From Euglena gracilis (lineage: Eukaryota), in contig CP154954.1 of the NCBI GenBank assembly GCA_039621445.1, positions 310,001-374,000 of the forward strand: DNA of 64,000 nucleotides, given 5' to 3'. The stretch's first letter is position 1; every line of letters begins with the position of its first letter. Position numbers and translations under genes: made by a program. Positions 24,701-40,500 of this stretch are shown piece after piece. Below the pieces are notes generated by a model that worked only from the letters and a program-made list of their open reading frames with translations, made no database searches and had not been told where the DNA came from.

Positions 24701-26044
24701 TTAATTTTGAAAATTTAATTCTTAATTTTATTTTTCGTAAATTTTGGTATAAATATTATTTAGAGATATTTAATTATAACTTTTATTTGTTTTTAAAATT
24801 ATTAATTTTTTTTATAACTTTTTCAAAAATTTATATTTAGCTTTTTTTCATATTTCATTATTAATGAAAAATTAAATTCAATTAAAATTTTTTGATTTAA
24901 ATGAAAAATGTTTATTTTATTTAATAAAGCTAAATCTATTATTAGTTTAGATGTTTAGTTTGAAAACGAATATTAATTTGTTAAGTTTTAAGAAAATATT
25001 AGTATGTTTATTCCTAATGCAAGTTTAAAAACTATTAAAAACTTGAAAAATAATGGTATTATTAAAATAGGTTCAGAGATTAAAGCACAGGATGTTTTAA
25101 TTGGAAGAATTAAAGTTAAGTTAAAAAATACGCCAAAAAATAAAATGTTAATAGCATTTTTTGGCAATAAGGTACGAAAAGACGTTTCTTTACGTTCTCC
25201 TCGCTCTTTGGTAGGTATTGTTACAAGTGTTGAGATTTTATGTAAAAAGTCGAATTGTTCTGTTCTTATTCATGTTGCCGAAAAACGCAGAATACAAATA
25301 GGTGATAAAATTGCAGGACGGCATGGTAATAAAGGTATAATTTCGAAAATTGTTCCGTCTATAGATATGCCTTTTCTTCCTGATGGTACACCTGTTGATA
25401 TGATTTTAAATCCTCTAGGCATACCATCTAGAATGAATGTTGGTCAAGTCTTTGAAAGTTTGTTAAACTTGTCTTCTTTATTTTTGAAAGAAAGGTATAA
25501 AATTCAACCTTTTGATGAAGTCCAAACAAGTATGAATTCAAAATCTTTTGTGTATAAAAAATTAAATGAAGCGCGTAAAAGAACTAAAAAAGATTGGCTT
25601 TTTAATCCAAATTATCCAGGAAAAGCCTTTTTATATGATGGTAGAAATTGTAGGCCTTTTGATCACCCTGTAGCTTTTGGTTATGCGTATATTTTAAAAT
25701 TAATACATATGGTTAAAGACAAAATTCATGCGAGAGTTACCGGCCCTTATTCTTCAGTAACTCAACAACCTTTACGTGGAAAATCGAAAAATGGTGGACA
25801 AAGGTTTGGGGAAATGGAGGTTTGGGCTATAGAAGGATTTGGTGCTGCATATTTGTTGCAGGAGTTATTAACTATTAAATCTGATGATGTATTAAATAGA
25901 TCAGAAGCGTTATTTAGTTTAATAAATGGTACTTATTTTTCTAAGCCAAATATTCCCGAAGCTTTCAAGTTATTTATTTTAGAAATGCAATCTTTATGTA
26001 TTGATATTAAAATTTTTACAAATAATTATAAAAAATTCGATTAG
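21796..26044 (+). CDS. rpoB: RNA polymerase beta subunit, 9 exons/8 introns
   Basis: Exon 1 MVNGCRVRSNLLD; motifs YGRVCPIETSEG, GSNMQRQ, GDKIAGRHGNKG, GGQRFGEMEVWA. Introns approx 21835-21918, 22151-22245, 22333-22425, 22540-22640, 22855-22957, 22999-23110, 23251-23350, 24683-24991. Confidence 0.95.
24683..24991 (+). other. rpoB intron 8, 309 nt, group II-type 5' boundary
   Basis: Starts GTGCG; removal joins ...DEKKG to ENISMFIP in frame. Confidence 0.8.
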
Positions 26045-26128
26045 TTAAATTTTTGAGTTATTTTTTTTTTTATGAAGTTTTTATGGTCAATTAAGACCTG
26101 ATACTTATTTTTATTTATTTTTGTATTT

Positions 26129-29590
<3,462 letters not shown>

Positions 29591-29681
29591 ATACTTTAAT
29601 TTTTTGTATGAGCTAAGTAGTTTTAAAGTTTATTATTTTATTGATTTATTTCAATAAGTTTGTTAAATTATTATTTTAATT

Positions 29682-32600
29682 ATGAATTTCGGAAATATAG
29701 TATGTTTTAATAGAGTTTTTGATAAAAATGAAATTAGAAATTTAATTAGCTGGTTTTTGTCAAATTATGGTAGTATCCGAACAAAAGAGTTATTGGATAA
29801 AATGAAAAATTTTGGTTTTACCTATGCAACAACCACTGGATTATCATTAGGACTTGGAGATCTTAAAATTCCTTCTTCAAAAGCAAATTTGGTTAAAAGT
29901 TCTGAAAAAATTTTATTTAAAACGAGAAATCGATATAAAAATGGTATGATAAATTTCATTAATGTTTTGGATGAAGAAAGGGATATTTGGAATGTCGTTA
30001 ATGAAAATTTGAAGAAAGAATCTATTAATAATTTGAGACAATCCGACTTTTTGAATCCTTTGTATTCTATGACTTTGTCAGGTGCAAGGGGTAGTATTAC
30101 ACAGGTGAAACAATTGATAGGTATGCGAGGACTAATGTCCGATTCTCAGGGTAATGTAATTCCTTTTCCAATAAAAACTAATTTTAAAGAAGGTTTAAAT
30201 ATTACTGAATATTTTGTTTCTTGTTACGGTGCTAGAAAAGGCTTAATTGATACTGCTTTAAAAACAGCTAATGCTGGGTATTTAACTAGACGAATGATTT
30301 ATACAGCACAAAACTTAATTGTAAAAAGGTCGGATTGTTTTAAAAAATATAATACGTGCGTATTACTACAAAACCAAGATAAAGAAGAACTAAAGTTTTT
30401 GAAGGAAAAATTAATTGGTAGAGTATTAGCAAAAACTATTGTTAATGCCAAAACAGGTGATATTTTAGTTAGTGCTGGTCAAGATATTTGTAATGTGTGG
30501 TTCGAGCTACAAAAATTTTAAAATTTAAGGAATGTGGCAAATTCTTTTATATTAATTTTTATCTAAGATTATTATACTTTAAAATTAGCGAAATTCTAAT
30601 AATATACAGATCATTGTTATTAAACATAATTTCCTTTTTATTAGAATAAAAAAACAGGATTAAAATTTCAAAGTATTAAAAGTATTTGAAATAGTAATTT
30701 TATATGGTTTACAGAAAATTAAGAAACTAAAAAGCTTCAACTTTTTTTATAATATTTTATTACACTTTGTTATTGAAAATTAAGGGGGAGTTATATTAGG
30801 AGCCATTTTAAAACATACCTTTTATGTATAGTAGTTATGGTATAAACGAATTGAATTTTTATTTATAAGGATGGAATATGAAGCAAAAGGTCTGAACGAT
30901 GTTATAAAAACGTTTAAAATACTCTATGAAAAGTAGTAGGTGTAATCACCGGCATATGCTGATATATTTCTTAAATATCATAAAAAGTTTATGATTTTTA
31001 GGTAGCCGAGTGAAAAAGAATTTTCATGCTCGGTTTCGAATGAGAAATATTTTTATTAAATATTAACTTTCAGTCTATACGTTTAAAAAAATTATTAATT
31101 TTCCCGAGGTTTATATTCGTACACCTTTTAATTGTGTATTAATGGAAGGCATATGCCAAATATGCTATGGTTGGAATTTAGCCTGTGGCAAAATGGTAGA
31201 ACTTGGTGAATGTGTAGGAATTTTAGCTGCTCAATCAATAGGTGAGCCTGGTACGCAATTAACAATGCGAACTTTTCATACGGGTGGTGTTTTTTCTGCA
31301 AAGGCAAAAGAAGTTATAACATCTCCTTTAAATGGAAAAATATGGTACGATTTGAAGTGTGTATCGTTTTTAATTTTACAATATTTAATGGCAGAATTAA
31401 ACTTTCTATTTTAGACTAATTGTCTTTGTTATTGTATTACAATTTTTATATTTATTACTTGTTATAGATAGTAACTTAAAGTTTTTTAAATTGATTTATA
31501 TTGTAAGTTTATTTTTTTATAATTGAAATCAATTTTGCAGAATAGATAAACAAAATGTTGTTTATATTTTGTTACGTATTTTTTTAGTAAATAGAGTGAG
31601 AATAAATGGTTTTTCTAATAAAATTTATAATTTTAAACTTTATTTGATAAAACATGTTCTAAAAAACGATGTTTTAAAATAGAAGGAACGATTAAAATTA
31701 GTTTGGGGTTAGGGGATGTTTATTATTAGTATTTAAATTTATAGATCGCAATTATAAAATAAATATGAAGTATTAGCCATTAAATTAATCACAATTATAA
31801 TTGAGTAGTCGTATGATATAATATATCAAGTATGACTTCGTAAAAGTGATTTTTATAGGTCAACTTTAACTACAGGGTTAAGAAGAGTTTATAATAAATT
31901 TAAGGAAAAAGCTTTTTTAACTTTGCAAGAAAAAAAAATTGTGATTTACGAAAATGACGTTAGTAAATCTATTATGTTTTTACCTTCTAGTACGCTTTTA
32001 TATGTTAAGCCAGGAAGAAAAATATTTGATAAGCAAATAATAGGAGAATCTGTAAATTCTAACTTGAAAAATGACGTTTTTGGTATTGAGGAAATTCGAG
32101 ATGTTAAGGCAAAAATTTCTGGTCAAATCTTTTTCCCTCAAATTAATTCGAAGCAATTTGGAAAAATATTTTGGATAATAAGTTCTATTATTATGAGTTT
32201 TACTTCTTTATTTTTTCATTTGACAAAGAAATTTTCTTTTAAAAATAAATTAATTTGTCCTACTACAAATGTTCATAAAAAAGAATTATTTGTTAACAGG
32301 AAGAAAGAACTTTTTCCTCGTAAATTTGGTAAATTATTTATTAACATTAGGAACGTTAATAGTTTAGTTGATAAATCGAAAGTTTTAAAAAAAAGAAGTT
32401 CACATATTATTACATGTATACTTGATCAAGATAAGGTTATAATGCTTCGAAATCTTAAAAAACAAAAGCGTATTTTTGGTAATTTTAAAATTGGATGTTT
32501 TCTTAAAACGGGTCAAATAATTAGTAATTTTAAGCTTCTTCATTCTTCTCAAATAATACAAGAAAGAAAAGAGTTTTCGATTTTTCGAAAAGTAATGCCT

Positions 32601-33269
32601 TTTTCGACTAATGATGATACATTGATGAGAATAGAAGATAAACCTTTTATAAGAAAGAACCAATTATTATATCGCGTTAATTTTGTCCGAGAAAAAACTT
32701 ATGATATAGTTCAAGGATTGCCTAAAGTAGAAAAATTGTTAGAAGCTCGAATGACTTCTTCGTTAAAAGAAATAATAAATAACCCTCATGATATATTGAC
32801 GGAGTCTTTTTTTACTTTTTTAGATGATTATGAGAATCTTGTAGCTGCGCGAAAAAGTTTTGAGGTAATACAAAAATATTTAATAGATGGTGTTCAGACT
32901 GTTTATAAATCTCAGGGTGTCAAAATAGCGGATAAACATATTGAACTTATTGTTAAACAAATAACGTCAAAAGTGATTGTTACTAATCCAGGTGATTCTA
33001 GCTTTATGGTAGGGGATTTTTTAGATCTTAATTTAGTAGAGGTATTAAATAAAAGACTAGTAAATAGTATTGTTTATGAGCCTATAATTATGGGATTGAC
33101 TCGTTTTTCTCTATCTAGTCAAAGTTTTATAGCTCAAGCGAGTTTTCAAGAAACTACTAGAGTTTTAACAAAAGCTGCTTTACAAGGAAGAGCTGATTGG
33201 TTATCTGGGTTAAAAGAAAATTTAGTTTTAGGAAATATTATTCCCGCAGGTACTGGTTTTAAAAATTAA
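29682..33269 (+). CDS. rpoC2: RNA polymerase beta'' subunit, exons 29682-30494, 31076-31356, 31871-33269 (830 aa spliced)
   Basis: [70 protein letters not shown]; exons total 2493 nt in frame. Confidence 0.95.
30495..31075 (+). other. rpoC2 intron 1, group II, ~581 nt, no ORF
   Basis: Starts GTGTG; domain V GTAGCCGAGTGAAAAAGAATTTTCATGCTCGGTTTC at ~31002-31037. Confidence 0.88.
31357..31870 (+). other. rpoC2 intron 2, group II, 514 nt, no ORF
   Basis: Starts GTGTG, ends TTTAAC; domain V GTAGTCGTATGATATAATATATCAAGTATGACTTC. Confidence 0.88.
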
Positions 33270-33299
33270 TTAGCAAAATTTACTATAATTTGAGTAACT

Positions 33300-33372
33300 G
33301 GGGGTATAGCTCAGTTGGTAGAGCGTCTGCCTTACAAGCAGAATGTCAGCGGTTCGAATCCGTTTGCCCTCA
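33300..33372 (+). tRNA. trnV: tRNA-Val(UAC)
   Basis: Cloverleaf, anticodon arm CTGCCT-TAC-AAGCAG. Confidence 0.95.
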
Positions 33373-33388
33373 AAGGTTATTTACTTTA

Positions 33389-33460
33389 TCCTTAATAGCT
33401 CAGTGGTAGAGCAATCGGCTGTTAACCGATCGGTCGTAGGTTCGAATCCTACTTAAGGAG
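33389..33460 (+). tRNA. trnN: tRNA-Asn(GUU)
   Basis: Cloverleaf, ATCGGCT-GTT-AACCGAT. Confidence 0.95.
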
Positions 33461-33463
33461 TAA

Positions 33464-33537
33464 GGGCTTGTAGCTCAGTGGACTAGAGCACGTGGCTACG
33501 AACTACGGAGTCAGGGGTTCGAATCCCTTCTTGCCCG
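33464..33537 (+). tRNA. trnR: tRNA-Arg(ACG)
   Basis: Cloverleaf, CGTGGCT-ACG-AACTACG. Confidence 0.95.
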
Positions 33538-33582
33538 ATTGATTAGTAATTTCGTTATTTTTTATGATCATTTAATTTTTAA

Positions 33583-33666
33583 TACAGGCAGAGAGACTCG
33601 AACTCTCACATCATAAAGACACAGGAACCTAAATCCTGCGCGTCTACCAAATTCCGCCATGCCTGC
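33583..33666 (-). tRNA. trnL: tRNA-Leu(UAG)
   Basis: Reverse complement GCAGGCATGGCGGAATTTGGTAGACGCGCAGGATT-TAG-GTTCCTG, long variable arm. Confidence 0.93.
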
Positions 33667-33737
33667 TTTATCAATATTAATAAATGTTAATATTGTTTTT
33701 TATTTATTTTAAAACGTGTTAAATAAATTTTGTTATT

Positions 33738-34160
33738 TTATATTCTACGTCTCTTGCTAGGTCGACATCCATTATGTGGTAAGGGAGTGACATCTCTTAT
33801 GCAACTTATGCGTAGACCTAAACTTTGTACGCATTTTAAAGCTGTTTCTCGTCCGGTTCCAGGTCCACTAATGTTTATCTCAACTTTTTGAAGTCCTTGT
33901 TCTATAGCTTTCTTAACGGCAATTGCAGTAGTTGTCTTTGTAGCTAACGGTGTAGCCTTTTTCGAGCTTTTAAAACCGCATGCTCCTGAAGATGACCAAG
34001 CGATTACATTTCCTTTTGGATCACTTACCGAAACTAAGAATTTAATTAGATGTATTTTTCTATTATTTAATATAAAGGAAAATTTTTTTTAGTTTTATTG
34101 TGATGATTTTTTGTATAATTTTTTTAATATTAAATCGCTTCATTATTATAAGTTGTTTTT
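33738..34160 (-). CDS. rps11: Ribosomal protein S11, 3' exon (33738-34040) plus micro-exon 2; 5' part lost in garbled junction
   Basis: WSSSGACGFK, GPGTGRE, DVTPLPHNGCRP; reverse complement of ~42410-42834. Confidence 0.85.
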
Positions 34161-35190
34161 TTTTTTTATTGTTTTTTAAATGCTTTTTTTTTATAAAAAA
34201 AAAAAATAATACACTTTTTAATTACATAAATAACGAAAAAATTTATATTTTTTTTTTTTATTGTATTTTTGAAATTTTTGTTTTTTTTTATAAATAATAT
34301 TTTTTTAATTTGAGTTTTAATTTATTATAAAAAATATTTTAATTTTAACTTGCAAAAAGATTACTAAATAAAATTATTACAATATAAACAATTGAAAAAA
34401 AATAATTCTAATTTTTTTTTAAGATAATGAGTATTAATTAAATCTAATTTTATACATTTTTGATATGACATAATTATAGATTAAAATAAAAATACTTTTG
34501 CACTAAATAAAAACGCTTGATCGATAAATTTGTTACTTTTTGCAGCATTATTGTAAAACAAAAAATTCGATATGTAGATAATATTTTCTATAATCTCATT
34601 TTAAAAGTTATAAAAAATCTTTTTTTTTTTTTTCCTAGATTATTTTTCCTTTTTTTTTTTCGGTTTAATATTAAAGTTATTTTTAATCTTATTTTATTTT
34701 TTATTTCTTTTAAAAATAACTATTATTATTTATTTAATTTTCTTTTAAAAAATTTTTTTACTTACTTTGTCTTTTAGTATTTTTTATTTTTCTAATTTTT
34801 TTTTTCTTATCTCAATAATTGTTTCTATTGAAAATAGTTTTTTTTTTTATTGATTAAATTTTTTTTTTTTTTTTTTTTTAATGTCAAATCAATTTAAATT
34901 ATTCATTTTCTTTTTTTAAATCTTTTTTATATTTAAATTTAATTATATTTTTATAAAGAAAACAAAAAATAACAAAATCGTTACGATCCCCTTTCCAAAA
35001 AAAAAGTAAAAAGGTATAGCAACAAACAAAGTTGGTCCATACCAAAGTTTCAAAAGCAGAATTTGCTATTTAACAACGAATTAACGGAGGGCGAATAAAA
35101 TTTTAATAAGTTCTAATTTCTGAAAGGCTTCAAACACATCAAATAGCTAAAAACGCTAAAAATCTTCAGGACCTAAATTCAGCGGCGCAC

Positions 35191-35212
35191 ACCAATCGTA
35201 AACTCGACTCAT
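35191..35212 (-). CDS. petB: Cytochrome b6 exon 1 (MSRVYDW + 1 nt), followed by a group II intron truncated near 34940
   Basis: Minus strand ATGAGTCGAGTTTACGATTGGT then GTGCG; matches the conserved PetB N-terminus MS.VYDWF. Confidence 0.8.
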
Positions 35213-35479
35213 AAAAAGAGAAACTTATCAAACAAGAATTAAAATTTCAAGTATGCATTATAAAGATAAAAGAATTCATTATACCTAACTTCATGCAATA
35301 TAAATACACAAAAAATTTTATATTAAAAACTTAAAATTCTCAAATATATACGAATATAAATAAAACACATTAAATCAAAACCAACAATTTTCGAATTGGA
35401 ATAAAAATTCTTTAATTTTAAAAAGTCAGCCAAAAATAATATACTAAAATAAAAGTAATATAAATTTTTATTTAAAATA

Positions 35480-35605
35480 ATATCATTTTTATCAACTATT
35501 TTTTTAGGTTTTTTTATTATAAGTACAACAATATACTCAATTTACATGGGATTTGGTCCAATGTCAAGAAAACTTAAAGATCCTTTTGAAGAACATGAAA
35601 ATTAA
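35480..35605 (+). CDS. psbN: PsbN (photosystem biogenesis factor); start codon unresolved
   Basis: SFLSTIFLGFFIISTTIYSIYMGFGPMSRKLKDPFEEHEN*, diagnostic DPFEEH; no in-frame ATG just upstream. Confidence 0.85.
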   Translation: MSFLSTIFLGFFIISTTIYSIYMGFGPMSRKLKDPFEEHEN

Positions 35606-35656
35606 AATAAAATAGGTAATTTCAAAAGAAAGTTAAAAATTATTAAATTTAATATT

Positions 35657-35869
35657 ATGACAACTATTTCAAAAAACAAAACATCAAATTCTAAAGGTAA
35701 AACAACTACTTTAGGAACAATATTAAAACCTTTAAATTCTAAATATGGAAAAGTTCTTCCTGGCTGGGGGACAGCTGGAATAATGTTAATTTTTATGACT
35801 TTATTCGCAATTTTTTTAACAATAATTTTAGAAATATACAACTCTTCAGTAATTCTTGACATTAAATAA
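35657..35869 (+). CDS. psbH: Photosystem II protein H
   Basis: [23 protein letters not shown]...[11 protein letters not shown]. Confidence 0.96.
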   Translation: MTTISKNKTSNSKGKTTTLGTILKPLNSKYGKVLPGWGTAGIMLIFMTLFAIFLTIILEIYNSSVILDIK

Positions 35870-35943
35870 AATGAAATAAATAACAAATTAAAACTGTTGT
35901 GAAAATTTCATTTTATTTATTTTTTATTTCTTTTTCTTTTTAA

Positions 35944-35979
35944 AATTTTTATTAACTTTTTTATAAGTTAATAAAAATT
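35944..35979. terminator. Stem-loop between convergent psbH and psbT 3' ends
   Basis: AATTTTTATTAACTT-N6-AAGTTAATAAAAATT, 15-bp perfect stem. Confidence 0.6.
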
Positions 35980-36014
35980 AAATCACATCGAAAATTGAAA
36001 GATAATAAGAATAA

Positions 36015-37462
36015 TTATTTATTAATACGTGGAGATTCACGGAAAAAAATAGCAAAAAAAATAACGCCTAAAGTACCTATCAATAGTTAAGTAAGGAAAC
36101 CCTCCTAAAAGAACTTTACAAGTATTATACTATTACACAAAGCTCAAATATAAATTTTTAAAATAAAATAATATTAACAACTATTCTAGTAGTTAAAATC
36201 CTCATATATTTTAAATATATATAATACGTTTTATAAACTTCAAAAATATTTATGAAAATTAAAAATTATATAAAACTCAATGTAAAAAAAAAAAATAAAA
36301 ATAAAAAATAATTGTCACCAAACTATGCTTGATATGTATATCACAAAGCTTTATAAATACACTAGAAATTTCTAAAAAAATAAAATTAATATAATTCGTA
36401 TTGAAGAAAAATTACATATTTAAACAATTATAATTGATTTCGTTGAAAAAAATGAAAAAAACACTAATAAAGATTAAGTAATTACAGTAAAATAAAATTA
36501 TACTAAAAGACCTAACAGAACTGCATTAAAAAGGAAAACGACTACAGTAAAAAAATAATTTACAAAAAATACAAATTTTTCATAAATTTTATTGAAACTT
36601 CAAAATTTCAAAACATATCAATATTATCAACAAAAAAAAGCAATAAAATAATATTTACAACAAAAAATAATCAATCCAAAAAAAATCATCCTTAATTAAA
36701 ATAAAAACAGTAAAATCAAATATAAGGTAAAAAAAATTCCCTAAAGAACCGGACAAGCTAATTCCTAAGCATCTGGCTCACCCAAAAAACTAAAATCATC
36801 AAAAGAATAAAGATAAAAAATCTTTACCCGCCTGAAATGATATAGTGGACAATAAAAGATTAATAAAAAATTATCGATCAATTAAAATAACCATAAAAGT
36901 AATTATATGATACCTTTAATAAAAATTATATTTTTCAGAAATCGTTTCTATCCCAAATCATCTTAATAAAAATTAATTCAAAAATAAAAGAATTAAATGT
37001 AATTACAATTTCCTCGACAAAAAGATATAACAACCGTGTAAAAGAACAAAAAAAAAAAAGCACTTAAAAATAATTATTACATTAAAATATCGAAATTAAA
37101 AATTACAAAATAGTAAAAATTTCCTTTTCTACTAAATTAAAATAAAAAAAATACGAAAAAATCAAATCAAAATAATAAAATATAAATTCACTACCAAACT
37201 ATAAAATCTATAAAATTAGTTTTAATTGCTTAAAGTATAAAAACTCCATAAATTAAGTAAAGTAATATGCAAAAATACAAAATTAAAACATATAATCTTG
37301 TTTTGTCCTAGGTAAACCGCACAAAAATATACCCCACAAAAAATTTAATAAAGGCGTTTATGAAAAGTCTTAATCCACCCTTTTATTAATTTAAATTTAA
37401 TTACCTAAAGTAAAAAGAATACAACTTCGTAGCACACAGAATGTATAAACTAAAGCTTCCAT
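36015..37462 (-). CDS. psbT: Photosystem II protein T, exons 37438-37462 and 36015-36085 (31 aa)
   Basis: Spliced [31 protein letters not shown]. Confidence 0.93.
36086..37437 (-). other. psbT intron, 1352 nt, complex group II twintron
   Basis: GTGTG...TTAAC boundaries; three domain V-like hairpins (~36746-36780, ~36320-36352, ~36107-36147); internal GTGCG at 37322. Confidence 0.85.
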
Positions 37463-37525
37463 AAAAATAAAAAATTTTCACAACTTTGCACATTTCCTAA
37501 AACAAATTTACTAATTAAATAATAA

Positions 37526-40500
37526 TTAAACTAATTCTTTCTTAGTTGTATCATCACCTAATTTTTCAAAAGTACCAAATTCAATCTCTTCCTCCAAATC
37601 AGGGTCAATACCAGCAAGCAAATATTTAAATAAAGTTCTTGCCCCATGCCAAATATGCCCAAAAAAGAAAATTAAAGCAAAAGACAAATGACCAAAAGTA
37701 AACCAGCCTCTTGGACTACTTCTAAAAACACCATCAGACTGTAAAATAGAACGATTAAAGTCAAAAATTTCTCCAAGCTGAGCACGTCGTGCATATCTTT
37801 TCACAGTAGCAGGATCATTAAAACTTAAAGTATCGAAACTACCACCGAAGAAACGAACAGTAACGCCTACTTGTTCAATACTATATTTAGACTCAGCACG
37901 ACGAAACGGAATATCGGCACGAACAACACCATTTTGATCTAATAATATTACTGGAAACGTTTCAAAAAAAGTAGGCATACGACGAACAAACAATGAATTA
38001 CCTTCCTTATCAATAAATACTGCATGACCTAACCATGCAGTCGCTATACCATCACCATTATTCATAGGACCAGAACGAAATAATCCACCTTTTGCTGGAT
38101 TATTCCCAATATAATCATAAAAAGCTAACTTAGGCGAAATAGCACCCCAAGCTTCTGACAAAGAACAACCATCAGATAAACTAGCTTGAACACGTCTTTC
38201 TATTTCTTCCTGAAAATAACCTTTATCCCATTGGTATCGAGTAGGACCAAATAGCTCAATAGGTGTAGAAGCAGAACCGTACCACATAGTGCCTGAAACA
38301 ACAAATGCAGACCAAAAAACCGCAGCTATACTACTAGAAAGAACAGTTTCAATATTCCCCATACGTAAAAGTACAAACAAGCGTTGAGAAGGGCGAACTA
38401 AAACATGAAATCCACCAGCAATAAGTCCTAAAAGACCTGCAGCAATATGATGCCTTGATAGAAAATAAATTATTATATTTCCTCAAAAAAACCGTGCATG
38501 CAAAATAAAAATGCACACGGCTTTAATTAATAATAAAATTATTAATCAATTTTTCCTAATACTAAATTTAGGACAAATTTTAAAGATTTAAAAATACCTA
38601 AACAAATAAGTTATTTTTAAATCTTTAACTCAACTTTTTTTACAAAATATTCGTAAATACTAAACTTAGGAAAAAATTTCGAATCAAAGTGTAAAAAAAA
38701 ATTTTGGAAAAAAATACAATTAATTAGTTATTATTTTCATACACAAAAAATAAAAATTACAATAACAAAATAAAATAAAATAAATTTTATGCTTCTTTAA
38801 CAGCCAAACTCTCACAAAACTGTAAAAAAAGTTTTTATCAAGAATATTAATAAACTGCAAATATTATTGCAAAAAATATAACTAACCTAAAACAAAAATG
38901 GCTATTTAGTAAAAAAATCTACCTGGCTTTTTATTACTAAAAATTAAAAATTGAATAAAAGGTATTAAAGTAAGAAAAAGTTAAAAACTTTTAACTCATA
39001 AGTATGAACTTTTACAACTCGCAAAGAAGCAATTCCACCTACATTATACGGATCAAAACCTTCAGCACCCCAAGAAGGAATAACAGGTTCAATTTGCAAG
39101 AATAGATTAAAAATCTTTCATCCGAAATTAAATATGAAATTTTTAAATCATTTAACTACTCACTTATAAAGTACTTGTATTTTAACAAATACTTATATAT
39201 CAAAATATAATTTTGATACTTTTATAAGTGTGATTTAAGTCAATAAAAATTAATAAAAAATTTTTCCGTTTAAATCATCCCCTCTAAAAAAGTTAAAAAT
39301 AGACATATCAAAAAATGTCAAAGATAGAAACTAAATTATTTCGTTGCTTTTTGTTGCTAAATGAAATTCTTGAGGACACACTTATCCACAATTTTGCTAA
39401 AAAATTAATCTTATTAGAAGAAAAATTAAAAATTATACAAAATTTAATTAGAAAATATATAACTATGGCATAGCCAATATTTAGATTATCTATCCAAAAA
39501 TCGTTAATTTTTTACAGTTAAAAAATTAAATAAGTTATCGTTCTTATTGATAACGCAATAATTTCAATAAAATAAAAGGTTTTTCACCTAATTGAACAAA
39601 AATTTCATAAAAAATCTCTTAACGATATAAAATTATTAAAAGAACATTAAAAACGAATCGCACTCCCACTTAAACCATAAGGATCAGAAACCCAAATACC
39701 AGGACCAAAAACACCCGTAACATGGAAAACTCCAAAAGCTAAACATAATGCTCCAGACAAGAATAAATGAACTCCAAATACTCTAGGTAAATCTAACTTT
39801 AACTCACCACTAGCTGGATCACGAAATAAATCAAGGTCCCAATAAACCCAATGCCAAATAGCAGCTAAAAATAAAAGACCCGATAAAATTATATGTGCTA
39901 CCGCTACACCTTCGTAACTCCAAATTCCTGGATCCGAAAAAGATTCCCCTGTAACACTCCAAGCACCCCAAGATTTTGTTACCCCTAAACGTGTCATAAA
40001 AGGAAGAACAAACATTCCTTGGCGCCACATAGGATTTAGCGCAACATCAGAAGGATCAAAAATAGCAAGTTCATATAAGGCCATAGATCCAGCCCATCCT
40101 GAAACTAATGCAGTATGCATTAAATGAACAGAAATCAAACGACCTGGATCATTAAGAACAACAGTATGTAAAACAAATATTTTTAAAAATTTTATTAAAA
40201 AATCAAAAAATAAACTATAAGGAAATTTTTAAAACTATAAATATCATTTATAAGTAAAAAACTAAAAATCACAACACGATACCAAGGCAGGTAAAATCAA
40301 CTTTAATAATTAAAAAGTTTTTTATCCGAAACCGTACTTGTTAATTCAATAACATACGGCTACTCAATTATATAATCTTAAAAGATTAGAAAACGCAAAA
40401 AATACTTAAAATAACTTAGATATAATTCTGATTAAAAAATCATCCTTATAAAATTTAATATATATTTTTCGTTTTTTTTATCCGCTTTATTATTCTTTTA

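Noticed and set aside
32400..32663. 87-aa ORF antisense to rpoC2 (also 43909-44172), and shadow ORFs at 35602-35886, 39831-40028, 41274-41645 and 41850-42047
   Set aside because: Overlap well-supported genes; no recognisable motifs.
34100..34777. Two Phe-rich ORFs resembling membrane proteins
   Set aside because: Translation of poly-T junction noise.
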